64,000 nucleotides of DNA from Scenedesmus sp. PABB004 (Eukaryota). Below, in pieces: positions 62,642-64,000 of the stretch; position 1 is the stretch's first letter, and every line of letters starts with the position of its first letter. The translations under genes and the position numbers were made by a program. The stretch lies in contig JABVCE010000010.1 in NCBI GenBank assembly GCA_014905635.1, positions 248,001 through 312,000 of the forward strand, given 5' to 3'. A model generated the notes under the pieces. That model was not told the DNA's origin, did no database searches, and saw only the letters and a list, made by a program, of their open reading frames with translations.

Positions 62642-64000
62642 TCAGGGGCCGGGCATGGCCGCGGAGCCCGGCGGCGCCCCGCCGGCCTGCTGCTGCCTCT
62701 GCAGGATGGCCTGCATGAGCGCGGGGTTCTGCTGCAGCAGCAGCTGCTGCTGCAGCAGCTGCTGCCCGGGGTCCATGCCGCCGCCGGGGCCGCCCATCAT
62801 GCCGCCCCCGCCGAGCAGGTTGAGCCCGCCCGGCAGCGCGATCGGCACGCCGCCCATCATCGGCGGGCGCATGCCCGGGCCGCCCATCATGGGACCGCCG
62901 CGCGGGCCGAGCGGGCCCCCCATCATCATCTGCCCCGGCGCCATCATCACGCCGCGGCCCGGCATGATGCCGCCTGTGCGGCGGCGGCGGCGGCGGCGTG
63001 TCAGCGGCGGCGGCGTGTCAGCGGCGGCGTCACCGTCAGCGTCATCGGCGCGCTCCCCTCCCTGCCCGCTGCCGCGGCCGCCGCGCTGCCCCGCCCGCCC
63101 CGCGCGCGCGGCCGGCCGCGGCAGTCGAAATCGACCGCCTGCGTCGCATGGCCATCGACTTTGACTGCCGCGGCCGCCCGCCCGCGCGGGCACGCGCGCC
63201 GCCGCTGCTGCACACAGCCGCGCGCGCCGCCGCCGCCACCGCAACCGCGCGGGCAGCACGCCGCCGCCCCGGCCGCCCCGCGCCGCGCAGCCACACGCGC
63301 GCACACGCACCCGGCATCTGCATCATGCCCGGCCGCATGCCGTACGGCCCGCCGGGCCCGCCGGGCATGCCCGGGTGGTGCATGGCGCCCGGGCCGCCGC
63401 GCCCGCGGCCGCCGCCCGCCGCCGCGGCCGCCGCGCGGGCGGTCGTCGTCCTCGTCGCCGTCGTCAAAGTACTCGTCGTCGCCCTCAAACACGTAGTCGC
63501 CCTTGGTCTGACCCCCCGGCGCGGCGCGGCGCGGGGCGCGCGGGCGGGGCGCGGGCCGTGGGCGCGGGGGCCTCGGGGGCCTGGAGGGCTCTGCAGCAGC
63601 CTCGCAACCGAGCAGGCGCGCGCGGCGCTGCACGGCGCGGCGGCACCGCCACAGCGAGCAGCGCACGCTCGCCACACCAACCCCAACAAACACACACCTT
63701 GGACTTGGTCTTCCTCTTCCTCTTGGGGCGGCCGGACGCGGTGTACTCCTCGTCTGCGCGCGTGGGGCGAGCGGGCGGGGCGAGCGGGCGGGGCGAGCGG
63801 GCGGGGTGAGGGGCGTGGCAGCGCAGAGCGCGCGCGGGCGCGGGCAGCAGGGCGGGCGCGGCGGCGGCGGCGGCGGTGCGCACCGGGCTCCGAGTCGCTC
63901 TCCGGGTCGGGCTCCGGCTCGTCCTCGTCGCTCGAGTCGCCGCGGCGCTTGCGGCCGCCGCCGCGGCCGCGGCCGCGGCCGCGCCCGCGGCCGCCGCCGA
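62642..64000 (-). CDS. 3' part of a spliced gene for an unknown low-complexity, probably nuclear protein; continues beyond the window
   Basis: Exons DEEYTASGRPKRKRKTKSK, KGDYVFEGDDEYFDD, Gly/Met/Pro-rich and poly-Q C-terminus, stop at 62642. Confidence 0.6.

Noticed and set aside
1..64000. Hundreds of long overlapping Arg/Ala/Pro-rich ORFs (e.g. 915-3446 +, 6004-9150 -, 14594-17305 -, 50895-53249 -)
   Set aside because: Stop codons are rare at this GC content; these are antisense or off-frame shadows and intron read-through with no domain signal

Overview
Very GC-rich, intron-dense eukaryotic nuclear DNA. Short GC-rich introns, TTTAGGG-type repeats, TGTAA poly(A) signals and plant/algal gene content suggest a chlorophyte, probably Sphaeropleales/Selenastraceae-like (inference). 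Most long ORFs in the six-frame track are GC artefacts; the real genes are spliced, and their coordinates were assembled by eye. About 21 genes, in order: PDIA6-like, animal-type membrane UGT, BRD7/9-like bromodomain, BOP1, SGNH hydrolase, giant WD40-TRP-like channel, JTB-like, Sel1-repeat, secreted papain(C1A)-LysM-LRR protein, LIP1/RABL3 GTPase, ADA2, SPATA4-like, HemD, Mpv17/PMP22, small secreted 12-Cys protein, SAM methyltransferase, NTF2-membrane fusion, FHY/riboflavin kinase, RPN1, VHS-GAT protein, and one partial gene at the right edge. The most interesting items are the protease-LysM-LRR protein, the WD40-TRP channel, an intact hAT-type MITE (17-bp TIRs, 8-bp TSD), frequent GC-AG introns and telomere-like repeats next to splice acceptors.
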